NCBI GenBank assembly: GCA_963724765.1
Contig: CAVRVY010000002.1
Location: 160,001-224,000 of the forward strand
DNA length: 64,000 bases
Direction of reading: 5' to 3'
Origin: an uncultured delta proteobacterium
GTDB taxonomy: Bacteria; Desulfobacterota; Binatia; Binatales; Binataceae
Position numbers and translations under genes: made by a program. This document shows positions 19,924 to 30,506 of the stretch, piece after piece. The notes under the pieces were generated by a model. It worked only from the letters and a program-made list of their open reading frames with translations, was not told the DNA's origin and made no database searches. Position 1 is the stretch's first letter; the number at the start of each line of letters is the position of its first letter.

Positions 19924-21360
19924 ATGGTTCGGGGGACCCTCGCACGAGTATTTCCGCGTCTGATAACGGCCTTGGTGGTCGCCGCTCTGGCGACCCTTGC
20001 GTCAATTCACCTCTTTTTCCAAGCCGGAGAACCCCCAACTCCGACCGTGGCGCTGATGGACCTGCAGGCCGGTCGTACCGATAGTGGCCCTGCCGAGCTC
20101 GCTGAAAGCGCCACTCCCGCTCCCGATCCGATCATCATCCAGCTAACCCTTGACCGTTCGGCCTCGGTCCTGCGCTACCTCGAGGACGCCGGGCTGTATC
20201 CTGCGGAGGCGCAGAACTGGGCCAATCATTTCCAAGAGGCCGCCAACACCGGGATGATGAAGGAAGGCCACGCGCTAGTCCTTTACAAAGATCCCGAAAC
20301 CGGCGACCTGCGCGACCTGCGCTACGACCTTAACACGAACGTTGCGATCCGCGAGCACTCCCTGGGCTCAGGCGTGATCCGCACCTCGCGCGACCTTATC
20401 GAATACGACGTTCGGCGGGTGAGTGTAGCGTTCCAGGTCGACCGCAGCTTCCGCACTGCCGCTCAGCTCCATAATTTGCCCGAGCCGATCGTTTATACAC
20501 TGGAGAACGCCTTCAGCGATCATCAGCCGCTCGACGAATTGCCGTCGGGCTCGGTGGTCAAACTCATCTACCAGGAAAAGGTGGCTCGCGACGGCAGCTA
20601 TAACCTGGTGACCGGAGTGGAGGCGGCGCAGATCGAGTCGGAAGACCGCATCATGAGCGCCTTCGCCTTTCGCGACGAGCACGGCCAGCCGCGCCTGTTC
20701 GACGCTAACGGCCAGGAATTAGGGCAACCGCAAACCCTGCGCTTCCCGGTCAAGTTCAACTACATTTCTTCCGGCTTCACCTTTCATCGCTACCATCCGA
20801 TTCTCCACGAGTACCGGCCGCACGTCGGCATCGATTTGGCAACCAGCTACGGCACTCCGGTGCAGGCCATTGCGGACGGGCGGGTCGAGTACGCCGGATG
20901 GTGCGGGGAACTGGGGCGATGCGTGCGGTTGGATCACGCGCAGGGCATGGTGAGCATCTACGGACACCTGTCGGAAATCACGCCGGGATTGAATCATGGC
21001 GAATGGGTGTCCTTGGGCGAGGTTATCGGACGAGTCGGCACCAGCGGATTGTCCACCGGACCGCATCTGCACTTCGCGCTCGAGCGTGAGGGCCATTACG
21101 TCAACCCGCTGACCGAAAGCATCGGCGTCAACCATGAGGTGTCGCCACGGATGCGGTCGCTGTTCGATCAATTCAAGGATAATTATCTCGCGATGCTGTC
21201 GAAGTTGCCCGACCTGGGCGGTCATTTCCACGTTGGCGCCGCGGCATCCCTCGGCGCGCGGGCGGCCGCAGGTCAGGCCGCTACGCATTTGGCGGGCGAG
21301 CTGGGCTCGCGCCGGCGCTCGCGTCATCACTATTCGTGGCGCACCGCTCTGGCGCGCTGA
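19924..21360 (+). CDS. M23 family peptidoglycan DD-metalloendopeptidase (MepM/Csd3-like)
   Basis: RYHPIL...RPHVGIDL (HxxxD), YGHLS, GLSTGPHLHF; N-terminal TM. Confidence 0.93.
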   Translation: MVRGTLARVFPRLITALVVAALATLASIHLFFQAGEPPTPTVALMDLQAGRTDSGPAELAESATPAPDPIIIQLTLDRSASVLRYLEDAGLYPAEAQNWANHFQEAANTGMMKEGHALVLYKDPETGDLRDLRYDLNTNVAIREHSLGSGVIRTSRDLIEYDVRRVSVAFQVDRSFRTAAQLHNLPEPIVYTLENAFSDHQPLDELPSGSVVKLIYQEKVARDGSYNLVTGVEAAQIESEDRIMSAFAFRDEHGQPRLFDANGQELGQPQTLRFPVKFNYISSGFTFHRYHPILHEYRPHVGIDLATSYGTPVQAIADGRVEYAGWCGELGRCVRLDHAQGMVSIYGHLSEITPGLNHGEWVSLGEVIGRVGTSGLSTGPHLHFALEREGHYVNPLTESIGVNHEVSPRMRSLFDQFKDNYLAMLSKLPDLGGHFHVGAAASLGARAAAGQAATHLAGELGSRRRSRHHYSWRTALAR

Positions 21361-21373
21361 TTCCCGCTCTGCT

Positions 21374-22192
21374 GTGGCCCATTCGGCACTGGATAGCGAT
21401 TTCTTCGATCTTCCCATTCCCCGCGTAATCGCCCATCGCGGCGCCAGCGGAGAATATCCCGAAAATACACTGGTTGCTTTTCGCGCGGCCGCCGAAGCCG
21501 GCGCGCCATACTTTGAGCTCGACGTTCACATGACGCGCGACGGCGTGGTCGTGGTCAGCCACGACCCGGAGCTCAGTCGCACCTGCGGCCTCGACGCGGC
21601 AATCCGCGATCTGACGCTTGCCGAGCTTAAACGGGTCGACGCGGGATGGGGATTTACGACGTCGACCGCCGGGACTACTGCCGCTGGCGACAGCGGGTTT
21701 CCGTTTCGCCGACGCGGAATCGAAGTGCCGGCGCTGGCCGAGGTTTTTGCGGCCTTCCCCGAACGCCGCTACATAATCGAGATAAAGCAGAGCGAGCCGA
21801 GCCTGGCTGTGACGCTGCTCGACCTGATCGAGCGGGCCGGAATGCGCCGGCAGGTGCTGGTGGCGGGCGAGGAGCATGTTCCAATCGACGAGATACGCAC
21901 GCTTGCCCCAAAGCTGCCGACCGGATTTCCCTATCCCGAGATAGTTGGCTTTATGGCATCGCTGGCGCCCGGCGCCGAACCGTATCAGCCGCGCGGCGAC
22001 GCTCTGCAGATTCCGCCCGAATACGAGGCGTGGCGGCTGGTAACACCGTACAGTGTCGCCGCGGCCCATCGGGCGGGTGCCGAGGTGCACGTGTGGACGG
22101 TAAACGACGCGGCTGAGATGCGCGCGATGCTCGAACTCGGCGTCGACGGCATCATCACCGATTATCCCGCGCGCCTGCTCGCACTCCTGTAG
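21374..22192 (+). CDS. Glycerophosphodiester phosphodiesterase
   Basis: IAHRGASGEYPENT, ELDVHMTRDG, VWTVND, GVDGIITDYP. Start approximate. Confidence 0.93.
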   Translation: MAHSALDSDFFDLPIPRVIAHRGASGEYPENTLVAFRAAAEAGAPYFELDVHMTRDGVVVVSHDPELSRTCGLDAAIRDLTLAELKRVDAGWGFTTSTAGTTAAGDSGFPFRRRGIEVPALAEVFAAFPERRYIIEIKQSEPSLAVTLLDLIERAGMRRQVLVAGEEHVPIDEIRTLAPKLPTGFPYPEIVGFMASLAPGAEPYQPRGDALQIPPEYEAWRLVTPYSVAAAHRAGAEVHVWTVNDAAEMRAMLELGVDGIITDYPARLLALL

Positions 22193-22326
22193 CCTGGCTC
22201 TCCGCCGCGTTCACATCGCGCAAGGGCCGCATTCGCGCGGCGCCGGGTGCGCGCGCTTTCCCGGCGCGACGGGCTTCTGTTACGATCCCCGCCGTTCCCT
22301 TAGCGCAGCGTCCGGAGGTGGATTCG

Positions 22327-23343
22327 ATGAAGCTTGACACGATGCTTTCCGCACGGGACCTGCACGAGGTTCCCAAGGCGGCCAAGGCTGCCGAGGAAGC
22401 CGGCTTCGACGCCATCTGGTCGATGGAAGCGGGCAATGACGGGTTCCTGCCGCTGGCGCTCGCCGCCGAGCACACCCGGCGAATCAAGATGGGTCCGGCG
22501 GTAGCGATCGCTTTTCCGCGCAGCCCCATGGTGATCGCCTATACCTCCTACGACCTTGCGCGTCTGTCCGAGGGGCGCTTCGTGCTGGGGCTCGGCACCC
22601 AGGTCAAGGGCCATATCGAGCGGCGCTACGGTATGCGATGGGAGCCGCCGGTGCCCAAGCTGCGCGAGTACCTGGAGTCGCTGGCCGCGATTTTCAAATG
22701 CTGGAGCGAAGGCGGCGCGAAACTCTCGTACAAGGGCAAGTATTATAACTTCTCACTGATGACGCCGTTCTTCGCGCCGCGGCAGCATCAGTTCAAGATC
22801 CCGGTCTACATCGCGGGCGTGAACCAGCACATCTGCCGGCTGGCGGGCGAATTATGCGACGGCCTGCACGCGCATCCGTTCAACTCGCCCAAGTACTTGC
22901 GCGAGTTCGTGATACCGCATCTCGAAGAGGGCTTCAGGAAATCCGGCCGCTCGCGCAACAACTTCACCGTTTTCACGACCGCCTTCGTGGTGGTGGGCAA
23001 CAACGACGAAGAGATTGATAAGGCGCGCGAGGCAGTGCGCCAGCAAATCGCGTTCTATGCCTCCACCCGCACCTACCAGATCGTGCTCGATACGCATGGA
23101 TGGGGCGGCGTGGCGCCGCGCCTCAACGAAAAGGCCGCCAAGGGCGATTGGACCGGCATGGCCAAAGAGATCACCGACGAGATGCTCGAAACCTATTCGG
23201 TGAGCGGCAAGTGGGACCACATCGCGGCCAAGGTCATGGCGCGCTACGACGGCCTGCTCGACCGCGTGGCCTTTTACATGCCGTACAAGGCCGGCGTCGA
23301 CGAAGAAGCCTGGCGCCAGCTCTGCAAGCAGTTCAACGGTTGA
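22327..23343 (+). CDS. LLM-class oxidoreductase, probably F420-dependent (TIGR03617-like)
   Basis: AFPRSPM, GRFVLGLGTQVKGHIERRY, FSLMTPFF, QIAFYAST. GGAGG RBS. Confidence 0.9.
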   Translation: MKLDTMLSARDLHEVPKAAKAAEEAGFDAIWSMEAGNDGFLPLALAAEHTRRIKMGPAVAIAFPRSPMVIAYTSYDLARLSEGRFVLGLGTQVKGHIERRYGMRWEPPVPKLREYLESLAAIFKCWSEGGAKLSYKGKYYNFSLMTPFFAPRQHQFKIPVYIAGVNQHICRLAGELCDGLHAHPFNSPKYLREFVIPHLEEGFRKSGRSRNNFTVFTTAFVVVGNNDEEIDKAREAVRQQIAFYASTRTYQIVLDTHGWGGVAPRLNEKAAKGDWTGMAKEITDEMLETYSVSGKWDHIAAKVMARYDGLLDRVAFYMPYKAGVDEEAWRQLCKQFNG

Positions 23344-23369
23344 GACCGCGGGCGGCTGCGGCGGAGCGT

Positions 23370-24146
23370 CTACTTGTCGAGCGTCGAGCCCAGTTCCTGG
23401 ACCTTTTTTCGCAGCATGCCTACGAGCGCCGGGTAACCGTCGTTGTTGAGCACGCGATTGAACTGCTGGCGATAGTTGGCCATCACGCTTATCGCGTCGA
23501 TGTTGAGGTCGTAAATCTTCCAGCTCGCGCCGTCGCGCCTCACCAAGTAGTCGATCTTGATCGGCGGCGGCTGATCCTTGAGCAGCACGGTGCTATGGAC
23601 CTCGGCGTAGTCGGCGCCGTCGTACTGCTGTCCGGTGAAGCTGACGTTGGAGGTGGTCGCGGTCTGGCGGATTTTCTGCACGCTGTATTCCTGCAGCTTG
23701 CTCAGGTAGACGTTCTCCATGAACGAGGCGAACAGGGGAACGAATTCGGCCTGCTGCGCCGGCGTGAGCTGGCGCCAATGGTAGCCAAGCGTGGTGCGCG
23801 CCATGTCGGCGAAGTCGAAGTTGGCCGCCGCTATGTCGCGCAGCCTTTTGTCGCGCTCCGCCGCGGGCGTTTGGGTGTCGCGCACCACGACGGTCGCCTG
23901 GTCGATGACGGCCTTGACCATCGCCGTGGGGTCAATCCCCATGACCGCGGCGGAGGCGTTCGCCTGGGCGCACGCGCGACCCGGCATCAAGGTGACGGCA
24001 CAGACCGCGCCGGCAAGAAAGACTGCATTTATCAGGCCCGCCTTGAAGGTTGAGCGGGACTTAATCGTTTCTTCACAATCAAGCCTACCTGTGCGGTTCT
24101 GTCGTTCGGTAACGTGTGAACTGAACATTTCGTATAAATGATTCAT
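23370..24146 (-). CDS. MlaC/ttg2D (HpnM-like) periplasmic lipid-binding protein
   Basis: FDFADMARTTLG, WKIYDL, NYRQQF; signal-peptide-like stretch. Start uncertain. Confidence 0.88.
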   Translation of the reverse strand: MNHLYEMFSSHVTERQNRTGRLDCEETIKSRSTFKAGLINAVFLAGAVCAVTLMPGRACAQANASAAVMGIDPTAMVKAVIDQATVVVRDTQTPAAERDKRLRDIAAANFDFADMARTTLGYHWRQLTPAQQAEFVPLFASFMENVYLSKLQEYSVQKIRQTATTSNVSFTGQQYDGADYAEVHSTVLLKDQPPPIKIDYLVRRDGASWKIYDLNIDAISVMANYRQQFNRVLNNDGYPALVGMLRKKVQELGSTLDK

Positions 24147-24245
24147 GACGGATTATTATCGGCTCTCGCGCGACAGTTTGAAACAGCCTGAGCATTCCGA
24201 ATGGCCCGCTGCGCTAAGCCTTTAGATAGGCTAGGCTATTTGGCG

Positions 24246-25118
24246 ATGCACAAGCGTGTGCTTTTCGCCGCGGATCCGCGATGGGCCGCGATGGCCGAGA
24301 GCCTCGATTTGCTCATGGCTGACGGCGGATTCCGTGCGCTCAAGGATGAAGCGCGCACGCGCGCCGGTCTGCTCAAGGGGCCCGACGGCGCGCTGGTTTT
24401 CGTCAAACGCGTGCGTACCGGCTCGTGGGCGAGGGGGCTCATCGTCGCTGCGCGCGGTTCGCGCGTGCGGCGATGGCTTGAGGGGGCGGCCATGCTGTCG
24501 ATGGCGGGGTTCAACCGCCCGGCGCCGCTCGCCGCGCTCGAAGTGCGCTACGCGGGCGCGGTGAGCGAATCCTACCTGGTGTGCGAGGCGCTCAACGATG
24601 CTACCGTGCTGAGCGGCGCCGTGCTGGGCGGGGGCAAAGTACATTTTCGATCCCGCCGCTCGCTGCTCAGCGCGGTGGCGCGCGAGGTTCGGCGGTTGCA
24701 TGACGCGGGGCTCTATACGCTCGACTTGCAGGAGACCAACTTGATGGTGCAGGAGCGCGACGGCGTGCCGCCCCGGATAAGCTTCGTCGACCTCGAGGAT
24801 TTCCGCCGGGTACGCTCGGTCTCCTGGCACCGAAGGCTGCTGAATCTCGTTCATCTCGACCGCAGTATCGGACGTTTCCTGAATCGTCCCGCACGGTTGC
24901 GCTGTCTTTACGACTATCTTGGCGCAAGCACACTGGAGCGCGATGACCGGCGTCGCACCGTTGCGCAGTTCTGGCAACTCCGCGACGGGCTCGAGAGCCG
25001 CCATCGTGCGCGTGCGCCGCGCGTCGCGCCGGCGGCGCCGCCGCAGGCGACCGCAAGTCTCGCGCACGGCGCCGGGCCGGCCACTGCGGACCCGTTTGCG
25101 CCGCCGCGCGGCCACTGA
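24246..25118 (+). CDS. Lipopolysaccharide kinase (WaaP/Kdo/InaA family)-like protein
   Basis: VFVKR, RLHDAG, catalytic-loop-like DLQETN, FVDLE, NLVHLDRS. Confidence 0.8.
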   Translation: MHKRVLFAADPRWAAMAESLDLLMADGGFRALKDEARTRAGLLKGPDGALVFVKRVRTGSWARGLIVAARGSRVRRWLEGAAMLSMAGFNRPAPLAALEVRYAGAVSESYLVCEALNDATVLSGAVLGGGKVHFRSRRSLLSAVAREVRRLHDAGLYTLDLQETNLMVQERDGVPPRISFVDLEDFRRVRSVSWHRRLLNLVHLDRSIGRFLNRPARLRCLYDYLGASTLERDDRRRTVAQFWQLRDGLESRHRARAPRVAPAAPPQATASLAHGAGPATADPFAPPRGH

Positions 25119-25151
25119 CAGCACAAATTATCGACGGGACATCGCTAAGCA

Positions 25152-25874
25152 ATGGCCTTCTCGATTCGCAGACGCGAGTACGATCACCACACTGAGCAAG
25201 TACACGCGGCCGGCGGCGCCAGTTTGCGCGACCTGATGCTGGGGCTCAACGACGGCCTGGTCGCTTCGTTCGCGGTCACCTCCGGCGTGGCCGGCGCGTT
25301 CACCTCGGGCAAAATCGTGGTGATGGCCGGGCTGGCCGAGATGCTCGGCGGCGCGGTTTCGATGGGCCTGGCGGCCTTTATCTCGGCGCGCTCGCAGATC
25401 GAGTTCTACCATAGTGAGATCCAGCGCGAGCGCGACGAGATCCAACGATGGCCCGAGCGCGAACGCGAGGAAATCCGCGCCATTTATCGCGCCAAAGGCT
25501 TCGCAGGCGAGTTGCTCGATCGCATCGTCGGCCATATCACGGCCGATCCAGACCGCTGGAGCGACGTGATGATGCGCGAGGAATTGGGGATGGCGGTCGA
25601 ATCGTTCGATCAGCCGCTGCGCTCGGCGTTGACGGTGGGCTTGTCCTATTTCGTAGGCGCAACCGTGCCGGTAATCGGCTACCTTTTGGTCCCGCCGCGC
25701 GAGGGCCTGGTCATCTCGGTGGTCGCGACGGTTGCGACCTTGTTCGTGGTCGGCGCGGCCAAGACGATAATCACGGCGCGTCCGTGGTGGCGCAGCGGAC
25801 TGGAGAGCATGGCGACCGGTATCGTGGCCGCGGCGGTGACTTACGGCGCGGGGCGATTCTTCGCGCGCCGCTGA
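25152..25874 (+). CDS. VIT1/CCC1 family Fe/Mn transporter
   Basis: LRDLMLGLNDGL, GAVSMG, MMREELG. Confidence 0.93.
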   Translation: MAFSIRRREYDHHTEQVHAAGGASLRDLMLGLNDGLVASFAVTSGVAGAFTSGKIVVMAGLAEMLGGAVSMGLAAFISARSQIEFYHSEIQRERDEIQRWPEREREEIRAIYRAKGFAGELLDRIVGHITADPDRWSDVMMREELGMAVESFDQPLRSALTVGLSYFVGATVPVIGYLLVPPREGLVISVVATVATLFVVGAAKTIITARPWWRSGLESMATGIVAAAVTYGAGRFFARR

Positions 25875-25882
25875 AACCAGTG

Positions 25883-25982
25883 CAGGATGACAGCAAAAAG
25901 TCTCCCTTTCCGTCATCCTGAGCGTCAGCGAAGGATCTTCGCGAAGCGATGGATTCTTTTCCCCGCTTTATCAACACCCTGA
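25883..25982. repeat. REP/MITE-like palindromic dispersed repeat, copy 1
   Basis: caggatgac...gtcatcctgagcgtcagcgaaggatct...; its reverse complement aligns over about 95 nt with 37308-37404. Confidence 0.85.
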
Positions 25983-26158
25983 CCAAGCAGATGGTCGGGC
26001 GCTTCTGAACTCCTCCGCCAATTGTCCTGAAGGAGATTGGGTGGTGGTCGAGGGGGTCGAGCGAGATAGCGCCGGAGATCTTTCCTCTTTGGCGCGTCCT
26101 CGTGTTGCTCCGCCACTTCTGCGAAGCGGCTACTTCGGATGAAGTGGCGTTGACCTCG

Positions 26159-27697
26159 ATGGCGCATCCTCGCTATCTCTACCCGATCGTGACTCAGCAA
26201 GGTCCCTCTGTCTCGCCGAGGCGCATGACGGCAGCCGCTTCGCCGCCGCTCTCGCGCGAGGCGGCGTGGGAGATTGCGCTATCGGCCTGGCGCTCGTCGC
26301 GGCTGTTCTCTTTCATCCTGCTGGCGCTGGCGGTGATCGTGGGTGCATTCTATCGCTTCCATCGGCTCGCCCGCTGGGACATGAACGGCGACGAAGCCAT
26401 CGCGTGGGCGGCGGCGACGAAGCCGGCTTTGCACCAGGTGGCGGCGGCGTTCTGGCGGTTTGAGAACGGCGGCAAACTTCCGCTCTTCGACATCGTTTTG
26501 CACGGCTGGGTGCGACTGTTCGGCGACAGCCTGTTCGCTATGCGCGCGATGTCGGCCGCGTTCGGCACGGTCGCGATCGTACTGATATTCTTCGCCGTGC
26601 GAGAGATTTGCCGCGCCCTCGGCGGCGAAGCGGGCGTCGAGGTGGGCGAGATGAGCGGCGCGTTCGCGGCGCTTTTCTATGCGTTGAATCTCACGATAGT
26701 GGTGTCGGACCGCATCGCGCGGGAGTTTCCGCTGCTGACGGTGGTGGAGCTGGCGCAGATAATTTTTTTGGTGCGCGCACAACGCCGCGCCACGTGGGCG
26801 AGCTACCTGGGGATCGTGGTTTTCACCGCAATAATGATCCCGATCAACTACAGCGCGACCTTCCTGCTTGCCGCTGAAGCGCTATGGCTCGGCGGCCTGC
26901 TGCTGGCGCGGTGTGCGGGCTCCGCGCGCGCCGCCGAGGTCGCGATCTTTCGCCCGGGACTCGCAGTGATCGGTGGGATCGCGCTCCTCGCACCGCTGTT
27001 GCCGGGCGTGTTTATCTCCTCACGCGCGGCGGTGCAGCACAACGCGGTCAGTTGGATCCAGCTGCAGCCGGTCTCGTGGCCATACACGGTGTTTCGCGAC
27101 GTGGCCGGCAATCCGGCGCTGTTCCATATTCTTGCCGCGTTGATCGTGTTCGGGGTTTGGTGGCAATGGCGATCCGGACGGCTGGCTTCTGGATTTCTGG
27201 CGGCCTGGATGCTGGGGCCGGTGCTGGCGGTATACCTGGTGACCTACCTGATTGAGCCGATGGAATTTCCGCGCTACGTCCTGATCGCTTTTGTCGGCAT
27301 GTTCGCCTTCGCCGGCTATGGGGCGGGCTGCATACGCAGCACCGCCGTGCGCATCGTGCTCGCGATAGTGATCCTTCATCTCTCGGTGCCTTTGATACAC
27401 AATTGGCTCAAAGTCCTGCGCGACGGCGCATGGCGCGAAGCGACTGCGTTGGCCTACCAAAGCGCCGCCGGCGGCCAGATTGCGGTCTGCCCGCCGGTCA
27501 ACCTGAACGTGGTGCGCTTCTACCTGCCGCCGGAGCGCCGCGACGACGCGGTTGCGATGAAACGCAAGTGTGGCGCTGCGCCCGTGGTGATCCTGAGCGG
27601 CCGGGGGGTTGTTTCCAATGCTGAGATAGCAATAGCGGAAGCGTGCTATCCGCGCGTGCTTGCGCGTCTCCAACTGGTCGAGGTGCGCGCGCGCTGA
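26159..27697 (+). CDS. GT-C superfamily (PMT/ArnT-like) membrane glycosyltransferase
   Basis: DE motif (MNGDEAIAW) after TM1, LPLFDIVLHGW, MRAMSA, PRY; about 11 TM helices. Start uncertain. Confidence 0.85.
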   Translation: MAHPRYLYPIVTQQGPSVSPRRMTAAASPPLSREAAWEIALSAWRSSRLFSFILLALAVIVGAFYRFHRLARWDMNGDEAIAWAAATKPALHQVAAAFWRFENGGKLPLFDIVLHGWVRLFGDSLFAMRAMSAAFGTVAIVLIFFAVREICRALGGEAGVEVGEMSGAFAALFYALNLTIVVSDRIAREFPLLTVVELAQIIFLVRAQRRATWASYLGIVVFTAIMIPINYSATFLLAAEALWLGGLLLARCAGSARAAEVAIFRPGLAVIGGIALLAPLLPGVFISSRAAVQHNAVSWIQLQPVSWPYTVFRDVAGNPALFHILAALIVFGVWWQWRSGRLASGFLAAWMLGPVLAVYLVTYLIEPMEFPRYVLIAFVGMFAFAGYGAGCIRSTAVRIVLAIVILHLSVPLIHNWLKVLRDGAWREATALAYQSAAGGQIAVCPPVNLNVVRFYLPPERRDDAVAMKRKCGAAPVVILSGRGVVSNAEIAIAEACYPRVLARLQLVEVRAR

Positions 27698-27740
27698 GCT
27701 TGCCGATAATCAAGGAAGGTCGCGGAGACTCAAATCAACG

Positions 27741-28553
27741 ATGTCCAGGAGCGCCACAGTACAGTCACCGCCGGACGACGGGGGCACAGGGCCGACCGGC
27801 GCACCGGTGCACAACTACGCGACCGACATCGAGTATCAACGCGCGGTATGGAGGCGCAAACCGGCGCTGCGCCTGCTCTACGGCCACTGGTATGCACAAT
27901 GCGTCGCGGCGCTGGCACAACATCGGCCTACCGTCGAGGTTGGCTGCGGCTCCGGCAACTTCAAGGCGTTTTATCCGGAACTAATCGCCACCGACGTGCT
28001 GATAGGCACTGGCGCGGACCTGGTCGCCGACGCGATGGCGTTGCCGCTCAGAAAGGACAAAGCCGGAAACATCGTCGCCTTCGACGTGATCCATCATCTG
28101 CAGCGTCCGCTCAGATTTCTCAGGCAGGCGATAGCGGTGCTGAAGCCGGGCGGCCGCCTGGTGTTGTGCGAGCCGGCGATGTCACTTTGGTCGAGGTTCG
28201 TATTCCGCTATTTCCATCACGAAGCATTCGACCTTTCCTGGCCGCTGTTCGATCTCGACGGCCGTCCACCCGATCCTGACCCCGGTCACTCGTTCTCGAA
28301 CCAGGCCATCCCCGAGATCCTGTTTTGGAAAGAGCGTGCGCGGACGCTGGCCGAGCTCGGCCCGTGCAAATTGGTGGAGGCGCGAAAATTCGGGTTTCTG
28401 CTCTATCCACTCAGCGGAGGATTCACCGCGCACAGCTTACTGCCCTGCTGGGGGCTGCCGGCGCTGTTGAAAGGCGAAGATTGGGTCACCGGGCCATTTT
28501 CGCGATGGCTCACCGGCATGCGGATGCTGGTGGTGCTGGAAAAAACGCAATGA
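27741..28553 (+). CDS. Class I SAM-dependent methyltransferase
   Basis: VEVGCGSG, DAMALP, DVIHHL, VLKPGGRL. Confidence 0.9.
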   Translation: MSRSATVQSPPDDGGTGPTGAPVHNYATDIEYQRAVWRRKPALRLLYGHWYAQCVAALAQHRPTVEVGCGSGNFKAFYPELIATDVLIGTGADLVADAMALPLRKDKAGNIVAFDVIHHLQRPLRFLRQAIAVLKPGGRLVLCEPAMSLWSRFVFRYFHHEAFDLSWPLFDLDGRPPDPDPGHSFSNQAIPEILFWKERARTLAELGPCKLVEARKFGFLLYPLSGGFTAHSLLPCWGLPALLKGEDWVTGPFSRWLTGMRMLVVLEKTQ

Positions 28554-28571
28554 AGGCGGATCGCGATCCGG

Positions 28572-29372
28572 CTATGCCGGGGCCGCTGTGCGCCGGCCGA
28601 TTTCGTAGCGGGCGAGCGCGCACAGCCGCTCGTAGAGCCGAGCCATGCGGCGCGGCACCACGGCGTTCGGCCGCGAGCGGTTAAGCTCGGCCACCGCGAA
28701 TTCGCGGTCGATTCTGACTCCCAGCCGGCGCTCCAGTTCAGCGTCCGCGCAATGATCGAGCAACTGGTCGTAATGGACGAACAGCCAATCGCCGCCCTGT
28801 GGGTAATGCACCTCCAGGATGTAGCGATACATCGCCTCCCACACCTTGAGCGCCCAGCGTTCGTCCACCGCCGTGCCCTTCATGTGGTCCGCGCGCTTGC
28901 ATTCGCGAACGGTACTAGACGCTGTGACGCTGGGGTCGCGAAAAACACACAGCAGGAGAGCGTCGCCGATATAGGGCCGCCAGGCCGGCAGGGTGTACGA
29001 GAACCTCGGATCCTTGAAGCAGAAGGGCTGGTGCGCCGTGACCGCCGCGATCCGCTCGCTCATCGCGGGCGGGCAGGTGATCGACACGCTGGGACTCAGC
29101 GCCGCGACCCAGTGCTGGTAGTTGCCGAGCAGCGGGACGTCGCCGAGCAAGAGTTTGCGCAGCCCGCGGGGCGGCGTCTTCGGGGCCACCGGCGCGATCA
29201 GTTCGTCGTTGATCTTGTTGACCTCGCGGTCCTCGAAGTAGCCCTTGGGATTGCCGCTGTCAGGAGGCCACAATTCCTCGCCCATGAAATAGCCGGTACT
29301 TGCGAGAATTCCGGCCGCCATGCTGGTGCCGCTGCGGCCGGAACCCAGGATCAGGCAGTTACGCTGATTCAT
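28572..29372 (-). CDS. Sulfotransferase family protein
   Basis: ILGSGRSGTS (5'-PSB), NPKGYFED, FKDPR, FRDP. Confidence 0.88.
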   Translation of the reverse strand: MNQRNCLILGSGRSGTSMAAGILASTGYFMGEELWPPDSGNPKGYFEDREVNKINDELIAPVAPKTPPRGLRKLLLGDVPLLGNYQHWVAALSPSVSITCPPAMSERIAAVTAHQPFCFKDPRFSYTLPAWRPYIGDALLLCVFRDPSVTASSTVRECKRADHMKGTAVDERWALKVWEAMYRYILEVHYPQGGDWLFVHYDQLLDHCADAELERRLGVRIDREFAVAELNRSRPNAVVPRRMARLYERLCALARYEIGRRTAAPA

Positions 29373-29381
29373 CGCGCGACG

Positions 29382-30482
29382 CTAGTACAGTGCGAGCGGC
29401 GCTCCGCCGGCGAGCAGTTCTTCGGCGAAGCCGGTATGGCTGGAGGGCGCGCGCGGGATCTCGAGCAGTCCCTTGCGGCGCATCGCTCCAAGCGCCGCTT
29501 GACGCGGCAGAAGCGCGTACCATGCCCTGAGCACATCGTCGCGTTCGGCGGCCGGCGCGCTGCCGTTGGAGCCCGGGGGCGGTCCATTTTCAAAAATCGC
29601 GCGAAGCTGATGGCGCAGCACCGGCCGCGAGAGGCTCGGCTGGTAACGCAGCGCGCAGAACAACGCGCGCCGCGCTTCCTGCATATCGCCCGCTTCCACG
29701 CAGCGCAGTCCCTTTACTGTCAGCAGCCAGTGGTACAACGCCGCGCTGCGCCGCGCCAGCTTGTCGCCCGGCTCGCCGTAGCGCTTGCGCATGCGCGCCG
29801 CGAATAGCTCGAAGCCGGGCGCGTACTTGCGCATCCGCTCGACCATCGGGGCGAGCCGGTAGTTCACCAGCGGCTCGGGCACGAAGGCGAAATCGCCCAG
29901 CTCGCGCAACAGGAACCAAAGCTCGGTGTCCTCGAAACCGGCGGCGCTCTTGTATTCCTCGGCGAAGCCGCCGACCCGGTCGAAGACCCAACGGCGGATG
30001 GTCACGCTGCTCGGCAGGATCGGCCACCATCCCTCCTCCAGCAGGTCCTCCATCAGCGGTGGCCGCGCCATTCCCGGATGCAGGTATGTGGGCGCGAGCG
30101 CAAGGCCGTTGTTGTCGACCGGCACCACGTCGGAAAACGACATGGTGGTGGTTGGATGGGTTTGCAGGGCCTCCACCGTTTTGGTCAGCCGCCCCGCGAG
30201 CCACACGTCATCAGCATCCAGGAAGGCCACGAAATGGCCCTGCGCATGGTCGACGCCGTAGTTGCGCGACGCTGCGAGCCCGCGATTTTTTTTTCTGCGG
30301 ATGACCCTGATGCGGTCGCCGTAACCGGCCAGCACGCGGGGAGTGGCGTCGCGCGAGCCGTCGTCCACCACGACCACCTCGAAGCTCTCGAATTGCTGCG
30401 CGAGCACGCTGTCGATCGCGCGTGCGACGCATCCCTCGCCGTTGTAAACGGCGATTATCGCCGAGACCAGTGGCGCTGACAT
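29382..30482 (-). CDS. Glycosyltransferase family 2
   Basis: VVDDGSRD, ASRNYG, FLDADD, FEDTELW. Confidence 0.92.
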   Translation of the reverse strand: MSAPLVSAIIAVYNGEGCVARAIDSVLAQQFESFEVVVVDDGSRDATPRVLAGYGDRIRVIRRKKNRGLAASRNYGVDHAQGHFVAFLDADDVWLAGRLTKTVEALQTHPTTTMSFSDVVPVDNNGLALAPTYLHPGMARPPLMEDLLEEGWWPILPSSVTIRRWVFDRVGGFAEEYKSAAGFEDTELWFLLRELGDFAFVPEPLVNYRLAPMVERMRKYAPGFELFAARMRKRYGEPGDKLARRSAALYHWLLTVKGLRCVEAGDMQEARRALFCALRYQPSLSRPVLRHQLRAIFENGPPPGSNGSAPAAERDDVLRAWYALLPRQAALGAMRRKGLLEIPRAPSSHTGFAEELLAGGAPLALY

Positions 30483-30506
30483 CTCTAGCCGATGAATCCG
30501 GCACCG

